Assembly: GCA_043778225.1 (NCBI GenBank)
Contig: JAYWGM010000073.1
Span: forward strand, 1-17,844
Source: Deinococcales bacterium
Lineage (GTDB): Bacteria > Deinococcota > Deinococci > Deinococcales > JAAFIG01
DNA: 17,844 nt
Reading direction: 5' to 3'
In this document: in pieces, positions 8,867 to 17,594 of the stretch
How the letters are laid out: every line of letters starts with the position of its first letter
Position numbering within the stretch: position 1 is the stretch's first letter
Notes under the pieces: generated by a model
Databases searched by the model: none
What the model was told of the DNA's origin: nothing
Seen by the model: the letters and a program-made list of their open reading frames with translations, nothing else
Position numbers and translations under genes: made by a program

Positions 8867-10282
8867 ATGATTCAGTCTGTTTATAAAACAATTGCAGGTA
8901 CATTATTAACATTGGGATTTGGACTGATCACCATTAAAGTGCTTGCTCTTATAGCTGGTCCTACTGGAGTCGGTTTACTTTCTATACTCAGGCAGTTGCA
9001 ACAAACAGGTAGTCTCATTGGTTCAATTGGTGGTCAAACAGCCTTAATTCAAGGATTAGCCAGTCGTAGGGGACAAGAAAAACTGCTATATACCAAAACT
9101 GCTATGATTGCGTATTTTGTTTGCTCAGGTTTAGTTGCGGTGATTCTATGGCTAACGGCACCATCAATTGCTCAATTCATTTTTGATGATCCAACTCTTA
9201 TTAAAATTGGTATGGATTTAACATCACAAATTACTTTGGTAAAATGGAGTATTCTTGCCGTGATTATTGGTGTTGTGATGATTTTCTTTCAAGGTATTCT
9301 CAATGGATATCGTGCCTTGGGTAGATTGGCGCTACTGCAAGTTGTAGGAGCAGTCATAGGCGCGATTCTGGTTTATCCGAGTGCATTATTATTCAAAATC
9401 AATCAGCCCACAGCAATTTTCTTTATACTTGTTGGTTCTTTGTTAGGGAGCGCAATAACTGGTGGGTATGCCGTTTGGAAAGCTGGCTGGTTAGCAGGTA
9501 TCTGGAGGGTAAAAATTGAATCAAGTGTACAAAAAGCATTTACTAAACTTGCTTTCAGTATTTTGTTAGCCAACCTTTTAAGCCTACTGACGCTTTTGTT
9601 TTTACGGTCAAAAATTATAGGGGATTTCGGGTTGTATAAAGCAGGTTTATTTGATGCCGCTTGGACAATCAGTAATACCTATGTTTTAATTGTCCTAAGT
9701 TCTTTAGGTACCTATTATTTGCCAACCCTTAGTGCAGCAAGTAATTTAGGTGAACAACAGCTTTTAATACGCAAAGTTTTAACATGGTGTACGGCTGCAT
9801 CCATACCCCTTATTTGTACTTTAATACTCTTACGTGACCCAATTTTATACTTATTGTACTCGGAACAGTTTACAGAATCATCTCAGGTCATGCGGTTTAT
9901 GCTACTTGGTGATTATCTCAAAATCTGTAGCTGGGTACTTGCTATGCCATTGGTGGCTCTAGCTAAACCGAGCGCTTTTTTGCTTGGTGAAGTCGTTGCC
10001 AATGCAACTTTTTTGCTATTCGGTTTAACAACCAATACCTTGCAAGGTATTGGTATGGCTTTCCTTATGTCTTACATTGTTTATTTAATTTATATTATTG
10101 TTTTAGCTTTACATTCCAAGTATATTCGGATCAAAAATCTGTTACCGTGGTTATACGGGACTTTTTTTATAAGTAGCATAAGTTTTCTGAGTTGGCAACA
10201 ACCACTTGCATGGTATACGATTTTTGGGCTTTTAGTCGCATCGTTTTTTATTGGCTTTTGGGTTTTGAGAGGAACAAAATAA
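8867..10282 (+). CDS. wzx: Wzx-type oligosaccharide flippase
   Basis: 471 aa with about 12 hydrophobic segments. KVLALIAGPTGVG, YYLPTLS, LYSEQF and LLGDYLKICSW are typical of WzxE-like translocases. Confidence 0.85.
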   Translation: MIQSVYKTIAGTLLTLGFGLITIKVLALIAGPTGVGLLSILRQLQQTGSLIGSIGGQTALIQGLASRRGQEKLLYTKTAMIAYFVCSGLVAVILWLTAPSIAQFIFDDPTLIKIGMDLTSQITLVKWSILAVIIGVVMIFFQGILNGYRALGRLALLQVVGAVIGAILVYPSALLFKINQPTAIFFILVGSLLGSAITGGYAVWKAGWLAGIWRVKIESSVQKAFTKLAFSILLANLLSLLTLLFLRSKIIGDFGLYKAGLFDAAWTISNTYVLIVLSSLGTYYLPTLSAASNLGEQQLLIRKVLTWCTAASIPLICTLILLRDPILYLLYSEQFTESSQVMRFMLLGDYLKICSWVLAMPLVALAKPSAFLLGEVVANATFLLFGLTTNTLQGIGMAFLMSYIVYLIYIIVLALHSKYIRIKNLLPWLYGTFFISSISFLSWQQPLAWYTIFGLLVASFFIGFWVLRGTK

Positions 10283-11409
10283 TGTATACCCTGATTACAG
10301 GTGGACTGGGGTTTATTGGCTCGAGATTAGCCTTAGCACTCGTATCTCGAGGTGAAGAAGTTTTTTTGCTCGATAATCTCAATACGCAGATTCATGGGGA
10401 TAATCCTATTTTTTCACTGCTCAAGTTACCTCAAATTCGTTTTTTGCAAGGTGATGTAACTGATATTGCGGCTCTTAAAGTAGCTTTGGAGGGTGCAAAA
10501 GCAGTGGTGCATTTAGCGGCAGAAACCGGTACGGCGCAGTCCATGTATGAACTTGCAAAGTACAATTCGATTAACTCTCAGGGAACAGCGCTGCTGATGG
10601 ATTACTTGGTCAATCATCCACATTCGGTACAAAAAGTAGTGCTGGCTTCCTCGAGGTCAGTTTATGGTGAAGGTGCATACTTGTGCGGCGCACATGGCAT
10701 GGTCACACCACATCCTCGAAGTTATGTGACACTCGAGCAAAAACAATGGAATCCAGTCTGTCCGCTTTGTGGTGGTCTGATCGAGCGCATGGCAACACCA
10801 GAAGAAGCTCGAGTTTATCCCGCTTCGATTTATGCTGCGACCAAGTATGCCCAAGAAGACTTGGTGCGAATTGCGTGTGCTTCGGCTGGGATTGGTGCGA
10901 GTATGCTGCGTTTCCAAAATGTTTATGGTGCAGGGCAATCGTTGCATAATCCGTACACAGGTATTTTGTCAATTTTTTCAACGCGGATTAGGCAACAAAA
11001 AACCATTCCGATTTTTGAAGATGGACTCGAGAGTCGTGACTTTGTTCATGTTTCAGATGTGGTAAACGCCATTGTCATGGCTTTGGATTCGAGTACCGCC
11101 AATGCAGAGGTCTTAAATGTTGGTAGTGGCGTTCCAACTTCGGTTCTCGAGGTAGCAAATTTATTGTTCACAGCATTAAATGGTAAAAAAATCTCAACTC
11201 CCACCATTTCTGAGCAATTCCGAGTAGGCGATATTCGACACGGGTACGCTGATATTCGGCGGATTGAAACGGTTTTAGGCTGGCAACCAATGGTCAGTCT
11301 CGAGATGGGCATAGCCGAATTTGCCGCTTGGGTGGAGTCGCAACCGCTTCCAGAAGACCGCTTAGATGCTGCTCTAGCAGAACTGAAAGCCAAACGCATG
11401 GGAGCATAA
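10282..11409 (+). CDS. NAD-dependent epimerase/dehydratase (extended SDR) with Cys-rich insert
   Basis: [24 protein letters not shown] and RDFVHV motifs. Start at ATG 10282 overlaps the wzx stop. Confidence 0.92.
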   Translation: MYTLITGGLGFIGSRLALALVSRGEEVFLLDNLNTQIHGDNPIFSLLKLPQIRFLQGDVTDIAALKVALEGAKAVVHLAAETGTAQSMYELAKYNSINSQGTALLMDYLVNHPHSVQKVVLASSRSVYGEGAYLCGAHGMVTPHPRSYVTLEQKQWNPVCPLCGGLIERMATPEEARVYPASIYAATKYAQEDLVRIACASAGIGASMLRFQNVYGAGQSLHNPYTGILSIFSTRIRQQKTIPIFEDGLESRDFVHVSDVVNAIVMALDSSTANAEVLNVGSGVPTSVLEVANLLFTALNGKKISTPTISEQFRVGDIRHGYADIRRIETVLGWQPMVSLEMGIAEFAAWVESQPLPEDRLDAALAELKAKRMGA

Positions 11410-11960
11410 TGACCTTAAAAGAATTATTATTGGCTGATCTTGAACGACAAGATTTTTATGCGAATACGCCAGACATTCCTAAAACATTGCTCCGCGTTGT
11501 TTTGAAGGCGTTCTCACCGCGTTTTGCGCCAGTGGTACTTTACCGTTTATCCCATTTTTTTTGGCAAAAGAAACTGAGTCCATTAGCGAAATTCTTTTCG
11601 TTGCTGAACTTTTGGTTCTTTGGTCTCGAGATCGCTGTTCGTTCCGAAATTGGTGCGGGTTTGTACTTACCTCACACAGTTGGAACGGTTCTTAGTGCTG
11701 AACGAATTGGTTGTCGTTGCGTGATTTTTGGACAGGTTGTGCTTGGCGCAAAAGAAGTAGATTTTGCTTTTACCAGTTCATCACGTCCGATTCTTGGTGA
11801 TGATGTGATGATTGGAACGGGCGCAAAAGTATTAGGTGGTATTAAAATTGGCAATCGTGTCAAAGTAGGTGCAAATGCCGTGGTGATTCGGGATGTGCCT
11901 GATGACTCTGTGGCTGTTGGTGTACCCGCTATGCACAAGCCACTTGAGGTAAATCGGTGA
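11409..11960 (+). CDS. Serine-acetyltransferase-like (CysE/WcaB family) hexapeptide O-acetyltransferase
   Basis: [34 protein letters not shown] and [11 protein letters not shown]...VGVPA motifs. TAATG coupling to the upstream gene. Confidence 0.88.
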   Translation: MTLKELLLADLERQDFYANTPDIPKTLLRVVLKAFSPRFAPVVLYRLSHFFWQKKLSPLAKFFSLLNFWFFGLEIAVRSEIGAGLYLPHTVGTVLSAERIGCRCVIFGQVVLGAKEVDFAFTSSSRPILGDDVMIGTGAKVLGGIKIGNRVKVGANAVVIRDVPDDSVAVGVPAMHKPLEVNR

Positions 11961-12946
11961 GCTTAGCAGGGAAAAACATTCTATTTTTTAGTCCAGAATT
12001 TTTTGGCTATGCCAAAGCCATTACTGCCGAATTATTACGTTTGGGTTCAAATGTAGATGCGTATGATACTCGTCCTGATAACTCTACCCTAACCAAAGTA
12101 GGATTGCGGATTGCACCATTTTTACTGGCTAATCGAACTAATACCTACCACAAAGAAATTCTTGGGCGCTGCCAAAAACAATACGATTATGTGTTTGTTA
12201 TTCGTGGCGAAGGCATGAACTCGAGTATCCTTAAATCGTATCGAACAGCCTTTCCAGACGCTAAATTTGTTTATTATACCTACGATGCTTTGTCCGAAAA
12301 TCATTTAACCCTCGAGTTCGAACCATATTTTGATCGCCTTGCTTCGTTTGACCCACTAGATTGTGCAACTCACTCATTTCTCGAGTACCAACCTCTATTT
12401 TACATTCCCAAGTATGCTTCTGTTCCCAATACTCCATTTGCAACTCGAGCTTATGATGTCTCAAGTATTGGAACATTCCGATTAGATCGGTATGAAACTA
12501 TAAAGCGCATAGATGGTATTCTCGAGCCGAATCTGAAACGATATTACTTTCATTATCATCCAAGTCAAGTTATTTTTAATACTTTTAAGTTATTTTCTCG
12601 AGCATATCGTGAAGTCAATCCTGCCGAACTGCACTTCCAATCGTTAGCGGCAAATGCAGTAGCGGATGTGCTGACCGAATCAAAAGTGGTAATTGATGTA
12701 CAAAAATTGCATCAACGTGGTTTAACCATGCGAACCATCGAAATGTTAGGGGCAAATAGAAAACTCATCACCACCAACAGCCAAGTCAAAACCCATGATT
12801 TTTATAATCCCAATAATATTTGTGTGGTCAACCCACTCGAGCCAGTTATTCCTGGCAATTTTTTTAGCATACCGTACCAAGCTCCAGCTTTTGAGACTCG
12901 AAAGAAGTACAGTCTTGCATCGTGGCTCGAGCGGTTATTAAGCTAG
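11957..12946 (+). CDS. Polysaccharide biosynthesis protein, putative GT-B glycosyltransferase
   Basis: [26 protein letters not shown]...[13 protein letters not shown]...KLITTN resemble uncharacterised cps/LPS cluster proteins. Operon context. Confidence 0.65.
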   Translation: MSLAGKNILFFSPEFFGYAKAITAELLRLGSNVDAYDTRPDNSTLTKVGLRIAPFLLANRTNTYHKEILGRCQKQYDYVFVIRGEGMNSSILKSYRTAFPDAKFVYYTYDALSENHLTLEFEPYFDRLASFDPLDCATHSFLEYQPLFYIPKYASVPNTPFATRAYDVSSIGTFRLDRYETIKRIDGILEPNLKRYYFHYHPSQVIFNTFKLFSRAYREVNPAELHFQSLAANAVADVLTESKVVIDVQKLHQRGLTMRTIEMLGANRKLITTNSQVKTHDFYNPNNICVVNPLEPVIPGNFFSIPYQAPAFETRKKYSLASWLERLLS

Positions 12947-12948
12947 TT

Positions 12949-14394
12949 TTAGTATGCACCCTCAGCGCGTAACACGGCTCTAAAGGTTCTAGCAAGGATG
13001 TAAATATCGAGCCAAACACTCCAGTTGCGAGCATAGTAAGCATCAAACCGAACCCGTTCAGCATAGGTTGTGTTGTTGCGTCCGTTGACTTGCCACATTC
13101 CAGTTAAACCTGGGGTGACTTTGGTGTAGAGCTTATACGCATCACCATAACGGGTTATTTCGTTTTGCACAATCGGTCTTGGTCCGACCAAGCTCATTTC
13201 GCCTAAAAACACATTCCAGAGTTGTGGCATTTCATCCAAACTGGTTTTTCGCAGCAGCCAGCCAACTTTAGTTACTCGAGGGTCACGGCGAAGTTTTTGA
13301 TCCAACGCCCATTCTGCTTGCAGTGCTGGGTTTTGCTCGAGTGATGTTTTAAGGACTTCCTCGGCGTTATGAACCATACTACGGAATTTAAATGCTCGGA
13401 ATGGTTTGCCACCTCGTCCAATGCGTTCTTGGGTAAAGAAAACCGCACCTCGAGACTCGAGCCTGATGGCAAGACTGATTAAAATCGTTAATGGCAATAA
13501 AAATGGTAATGCCAGCAACACAAGCACCAAATCCATAAACCGTTTAACCCGTTTAGAGAGTGGTTGCAGCAAGTTCTGTCGCACCTCGAGCGCAAGTAAG
13601 CCGCCATAGTCCTTGGCGCTCGCCCAAAGACTTGCAACACCAAGTAAGTCAGGAACCAAATACAACCTAGGAAAGAACGAACCGTAGTCCTCGATAATCT
13701 CGAGGAGTCGTTCGCGTTTTGCCCCAGGCATGGCAAGCAGCGCATGGCGTACCCCATAGCGCTCGGCAAGAATTGGGGCGAGTTCGAGTCCACCAATCAC
13801 GGGTATGTTCTCGAGTTCGCCGTGTTTGGTTGGGTCATCGTCTAAAAACGCCACAAGTTTTAAGCCAAGTCCTGGTTGTTTTTGTAGACTTAATGCAATA
13901 ATCCGACCTGTTTCGCCAGCCCCTAGAATCACCACTGGCACACCCCACCAAGCAGCTTTGGCAAATAAACTACGGGTGATGGCTCGAGCTAGTGGCACAA
14001 GCAGTAAACTGAGCAGCAGCGCCACAATAAAAGCCAACCTCGAGTACAGTTCTGCGGCTCTCAAGAAAAAACTGGTTGCCCCAAGCAGCGCATAGACCAA
14101 GGTAATTCCAAGTGTAGTCAGCCGCAATTCTTCGACTGGATTTAAGCCCGAGCCTTGGTAGAGTCCAAAAGCTGCAAAAGCCACAATAAATAAGCCCAAG
14201 AATGGTGCAAGCGCAATATAGGTTTGGAATTCAAACGAGCCACCGGTGACCCAACGCCAAATAACGCTGCTGCTGTTGGCTAAGGTTATTGCCAGTACAT
14301 CGGTCAGGATTAAACTCAGCATTGTTAGCCAAGGCTGGGTTTTTACGCCCACGGAAACACGGCGTACAGTCTCGAGGGTTTGGGGAGTAAGCAT
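12949..14394 (-). CDS. wbaP: Undecaprenyl-phosphate sugar-1-phosphate transferase, WbaP type
   Basis: N-terminal TM helices, [35 protein letters not shown] and MSLVGPRP motifs. Confidence 0.95.
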   Translation of the reverse strand: MLTPQTLETVRRVSVGVKTQPWLTMLSLILTDVLAITLANSSSVIWRWVTGGSFEFQTYIALAPFLGLFIVAFAAFGLYQGSGLNPVEELRLTTLGITLVYALLGATSFFLRAAELYSRLAFIVALLLSLLLVPLARAITRSLFAKAAWWGVPVVILGAGETGRIIALSLQKQPGLGLKLVAFLDDDPTKHGELENIPVIGGLELAPILAERYGVRHALLAMPGAKRERLLEIIEDYGSFFPRLYLVPDLLGVASLWASAKDYGGLLALEVRQNLLQPLSKRVKRFMDLVLVLLALPFLLPLTILISLAIRLESRGAVFFTQERIGRGGKPFRAFKFRSMVHNAEEVLKTSLEQNPALQAEWALDQKLRRDPRVTKVGWLLRKTSLDEMPQLWNVFLGEMSLVGPRPIVQNEITRYGDAYKLYTKVTPGLTGMWQVNGRNNTTYAERVRFDAYYARNWSVWLDIYILARTFRAVLRAEGAY

Positions 14395-14428
14395 AGCAGG
14401 TAGTCTAACCGATAAGATTCTTCTGCAT

Positions 14429-14794
14429 TCACTTTAGCATCAGCGTTGGCTTACTGCCTTGGCGTGGTACAAGCAGCACATCGTAATCGGCTTCATGGGC
14501 AAAACGCAGCAGCGTTTCGACATTGGCATTGCTGGCTTTTTCAAGTGCTGTAACTCGAGGCTGGCTCAGTCCAAGGGCTGCACCTAATTCTCGGGTGGTT
14601 AAGCCCTGAATTTGACGCAACTGAGTAAGTGCTTGTCCAATATCTTCAACTTCGATACTCTGCTCGAGTAATGCCCGAATTTCTTGTGGTGTGACCTTAG
14701 CCAAATGATGAGCTTGAATAACAGCTTCGGATTCTGGTGAGCCACGAAGTGCTTTGATTCTGGCTTTCATGGTTGCGTCAATACTGTTCTTCAT
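14429..14794 (-). CDS. XRE-family HTH protein, putative HigA-like antitoxin
   Basis: IGQALTQLRQIQGLTTRELGAALGLSQPRVTALEK HTH. Starts 3 nt after the upstream toxin-like gene. Confidence 0.8.
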   Translation of the reverse strand: MKNSIDATMKARIKALRGSPESEAVIQAHHLAKVTPQEIRALLEQSIEVEDIGQALTQLRQIQGLTTRELGAALGLSQPRVTALEKASNANVETLLRFAHEADYDVLLVPRQGSKPTLMLK

Positions 14795-14797
14795 TTT

Positions 14798-15241
14798 TTA
14801 TACCATCCTTTGTAAACGATTCTGATGCCGAGTGCGTTGTGATTCTGGGAATACTGGCTTACCTTGCTCGAGTGCGTCCTGAATTTCCAAAGTGTCGGCA
14901 ATCATCCATTCGTTTGCTTGGTTGCGTTTTTTACATTCAGCATGGGTAACATAAGCACAATGGTCGTTACCCCGAATTAAATAGACTCGAGCCGCTCCAG
15001 AGCCTACTTTTCCTGCTTTTAATTCGTAAATTGCACCACCAAAAGGCTTGATGAAACGACAGTTGTATGTTCCTCGCTCATTCTTTGTAAAACCATGCAA
15101 ATACAAATCCTCGAGCATTGCAATAACCTTATTTACACAATCCTGTTTGCCTTCTTGAACCATCTCGAGCAAATCTTGAAGCAATGGTTCTCGAGCAGCA
15201 TTTAAGCGGTTTGGGTGAAAGGGTAATGCAATCATGGACAT
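14798..15241 (-). CDS. Putative RelE/HigB (Gp49-like) type II toxin
   Basis: FIKPFGGAIYELK...ARVY...YVTHAECKK pattern of RelE-superfamily toxins. Toxin-first order with an XRE partner. Confidence 0.7.
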   Translation of the reverse strand: MSMIALPFHPNRLNAAREPLLQDLLEMVQEGKQDCVNKVIAMLEDLYLHGFTKNERGTYNCRFIKPFGGAIYELKAGKVGSGAARVYLIRGNDHCAYVTHAECKKRNQANEWMIADTLEIQDALEQGKPVFPESQRTRHQNRLQRMV

Positions 15242-15276
15242 AATTTGATAATAGAAATAATATCAAGTTATGTCAA
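15241..15276 (-). promoter_or_regulatory. TA promoter (leaderless) with overlapping palindromic operator
   Basis: Minus strand TTGACA (15276-15271), 17 nt, TATTAT (15253-15248), 6 nt, ATG. Inverted repeat TAATTTGATA-N10-TATCAAGTTA at 15241-15270. Confidence 0.8.
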
Positions 15277-15280
15277 GTCT

Positions 15281-15354
15281 GGGTCTTCCTTTGACTAATT
15301 TGGTCAAAAGCCACATCAGCCACTAGCAAAAAGCTCGAGCTTTTTTGTTTACCA
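15281..15354 (+). repeat. Direct repeat copy R2 (pairs with 17508-17594), containing the palindrome AAAAAGCTCGAGCTTTTT
   Basis: GGGTCTTCCTTT..TTTGGTCAAAAGCCACATCAGCCACTAGCAAAAAGCTCGAGCTTTTTTGTTTACCA aligns with R1. Confidence 0.85.
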
Positions 15355-15358
15355 GCGC

Positions 15359-15484
15359 TCAATCTGCCTGAAAAGAAATCGTTTCACCATCAATAATAGT
15401 TGTAACAATCCGTCCACGCGGTTGCCGTAAGCCTCGAGCCACCATCACTTGACGTTTGGCTTCAGGTGGGTATTCATACCGTCT
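15359..15484 (-). pseudogene. Possible C-terminal gene remnant (RRYEYPPEAKRQVMVARGLRQPRGRIVTTIIDGETISFQAD*)
   Basis: Protein-like 41-codon open frame with no start codon at its 5' end, truncated near the IS end. Its stop lies just before repeat R2. Confidence 0.35.
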
Positions 15485-15528
15485 TTATTTAGATACTATG
15501 CAATCCGCAAAAAACGCGGATTGAATTG

Positions 15529-16462
15529 TCAAGAAGTCGTGGACATGAAGTTCGGTACTTGAGCTTGAGTCCAGCATTCCTCGAACTCAACAGGCGATTT
15601 ATAGCCAATTGTGGAGTGCAACCGTTTCCGATTGTAGAACACTTCAATCCACTCGAACACCACAGCTTTAGTTACCTCTCGAGACCCGATAACCTTATTT
15701 AAGCCCAACTCGAGTTTGAGAGTGCCAAAGAAGCTCTCAACCACGGCATTATCCCAGCAATTACCTTTTCTACTCATACTCGAGACTCCGTTAAACTTAT
15801 TTACGGCTGTTTGGAACTCGAGACTTGCGTACTTCTTGACCCCTAAAGATGCACCTTGCGGGCTGGGGTCGCTGAACACCGCGATCAGAGTGATGCAGCA
15901 ATCCATCAGCAGGTTTACGACTCACTCGAGCCATCTCAAGTGCTTTGACTGGCAGACTCGCCTCGAGACTCGTTCCCATTTCCCAGCCCACGGTCTTTCT
16001 CGAGAATAAGTCCAGCACGACAGCCAGATATAACCAACCGTCACTTGTGGGAATGTAAGTAATGTCTGATGCCCATTTCGTATTTGGCTTTTCTGCGCCA
16101 AAGGCTCGATTCAGTTTATTCTCAAAATACCCAAGTGAATGCTTAGAATCGGTTGTGACACGGAATTTGCGTTTACACTTGCCTTTCCACCCATGAGACT
16201 TCATGATTCTAGCCACTCGAGGACGACTCGCTTTGATTCCTCGAGCCTCCAAACCCTTTTGTACTTTAAGACTGCCAGAGTTACCTCGAGACTCGTTGTA
16301 GACCTCCTCAATGTCTTTCTCGAGGGCTTCATTCTCGAGTGTGCGTTTGCTTTTGGGGCGGGTTAGCCATGCGTAGTAACCACTTCTCGAGACGTTTAGT
16401 ACGTGTAGCATTAGTCTAAGTGGGAATTTCACAAAGTTCTCTTTGATAAAACCGTACCTCAC
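15529..16462 (-). pseudogene. IS3 transposase OrfB (DDE integrase core), frameshifted by a 40-nt insertion
   Basis: WASDITYI, WLYLAVVLDLFSR and HHSDRGVQ lie in one frame. YAS...SMSRKGNCWDNAVVESFFGTLK and FYNRKRLHSTIGY lie in another. Removing 15832-15871 rejoins them. Confidence 0.9.
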
Positions 16463-16773
16463 TTGCTCTCTCTCGCAAAGAATTTGGCTGCTGCTTTTAA
16501 AATTTCACGCTCCTGTCGAAGTAGCACGACTTCCCGTTCAAGGTCTTTCATCTTTTTTTCGGATTCACTTAATGCAGCTACACCTCGTCCAGTAAAGGCT
16601 GGTCGTCCATAAAGGTCGGCTTGTTTAGCTTGGTTGACCCATCGGTTGAGTCCTGCTTGAGAGACTCCTAAGTCCCGAGCAGCTTGTGAAATGCTCATCC
16701 CCTCTTGCTGGGCGAGTTGAATAGCTTGTTGCTTGAATTCTAGCGTATATGTTTTCATTTGTTTTGACATCAT
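16459..16773 (-). CDS. IS3 transposase OrfA (HTH)
   Basis: KTYTLEFKQQAI...SISQAARDLGVS...LNRWV and LRQEREILKAAAKFFA. GGAG RBS (start 16773 or 16770). GTGA overlap with orfB and a candidate -1 slip site T-TTA-AAA at 16501-16495. Confidence 0.9.
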   Translation of the reverse strand: MMSKQMKTYTLEFKQQAIQLAQQEGMSISQAARDLGVSQAGLNRWVNQAKQADLYGRPAFTGRGVAALSESEKKMKDLEREVVLLRQEREILKAAAKFFARESK

Positions 16774-16827
16774 AGTCTCCGATTTCATTTTGAAACCGAA
16801 CTTCATGTCCACGAAAGTGTATCTAAT

Positions 16828-17463
16828 TCACTGGATAGGGTACAACAATTCACGGTACTTTGAATCAGAAAAAGCACCAATTTGCAGACGCATTTCTCGA
16901 GAATCGCTTGTCAAAGCAATAAACTGAGCATAAGAACGAGCAAATAGCTCATGCCACTCGAGATAATAAGCTAAGTCGTCTCGGTTAATAAGTCGTTCAT
17001 ATTCCAAGCCTAACACCTGAATCTTTCAGGTTTTAAGACTTCGCATCGAAACCAAAGTCTTAAACGCCTCAGAATCAGCGATTGCTAGTCGCCAAGGTTC
17101 AAACTCGAGCGCAAAAGCACTTGGATATACTCCAAGGTCAGCAAAACCATACGCCTCGAGTCCATGACCAAATTCATGCGCCAAGTCTAAACTGCTGACC
17201 GATTGGTCAGAATGCAAAAATAACCACGCTCGGTCTTTATCGGCTTTGAAACCAGCAATCCAATCATCACCATCGCTATTCACGTCAATGCGGACTGGTT
17301 GCCAGAAACCATCACCATGAACTTGGTCAATGGCAGATAGCGCTGTTTGTAATCTGTTTGAATACCAAACTTTGGCATTCAAAACTGGAAAGTGCGAACT
17401 GATAAATGTGCCATGAGGTGAATATAACTGCACTCGAGCTTCGGGGATTTCTACGCCATTCAT
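16828..17463 (-). pseudogene. Zincin-like metallopeptidase (HExxH...ELFARSYAQ), with an in-frame TGA and 3' end truncated by the IS
   Basis: ORFs 17026..17472 (LAHEFGH) and 16828..17016 (HELFARSYAQFIA) share a frame and are separated by one TGA at 17028-17026. The final stop is supplied by the IS terminus. Confidence 0.65.
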
Positions 17464-17507
17464 GAAGCCCAAGCATACTCGGGAAAGGGATTGTAGGCTC
17501 GAGTTTA

Positions 17508-17594
17508 GGGTTTCCTTTACCTTGTTTGGTCAAAACCCACATTAGCCCCTAGCCAAAGCTCGAGTAAATTGCTCGAGCTTTTTTTGATTTACCA
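17508..17594 (+). repeat. Direct repeat copy R1 with terminator-like hairpin; 3' half resembles the tRNA-Gln 3' end plus terminator
   Basis: GGGTTTCCTTT..TTTGGTCAAAACCCACATTAGCCCCTAGCCAAAGCTCGAGTAAATTGCTCGAGCTTTTTTTGATTTACCA. Confidence 0.85.

Larger units (their letters stand above)
15522..16830 (-). mobile_element. IS3-family insertion sequence (1309 bp)
   Basis: TG...CA ends. Imperfect terminal IRs TGAATT-N9/10-TCGTGGACATGAAGTTCGGT at 15522-15556 and 16795-16830. orfA/orfB layout. No clear target duplication. Confidence 0.93.

Noticed and set aside
14403..14409. GTCTAAC/GTTAGAC integron core-site-like heptamer after the TA
   Set aside because: No partner R box or attC stem, no intI in the window, and it coincides with the wbaP -10 box.
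15529..15906. Independent 125-aa gene
   Set aside because: It is the C-terminal half of IS3 OrfB, displaced by the 40-nt insert.
17026..17028. Selenocysteine or programmed read-through at the in-frame TGA
   Set aside because: No evident SECIS-like hairpin, not a catalytic Cys context, and the gene is also IS-truncated.
17327..17542. 71-aa minus-strand ORF starting inside R1
   Set aside because: Overlaps the peptidase-like gene in another frame, has no motif, and the equivalent frame is not evidently preserved in R2.
17487..17555. Second (degenerate) tRNA ending in CCA before the terminator
   Set aside because: No TTCGA T-loop and I could not fold a cloverleaf; only the 3' end resembles tRNA-Gln.
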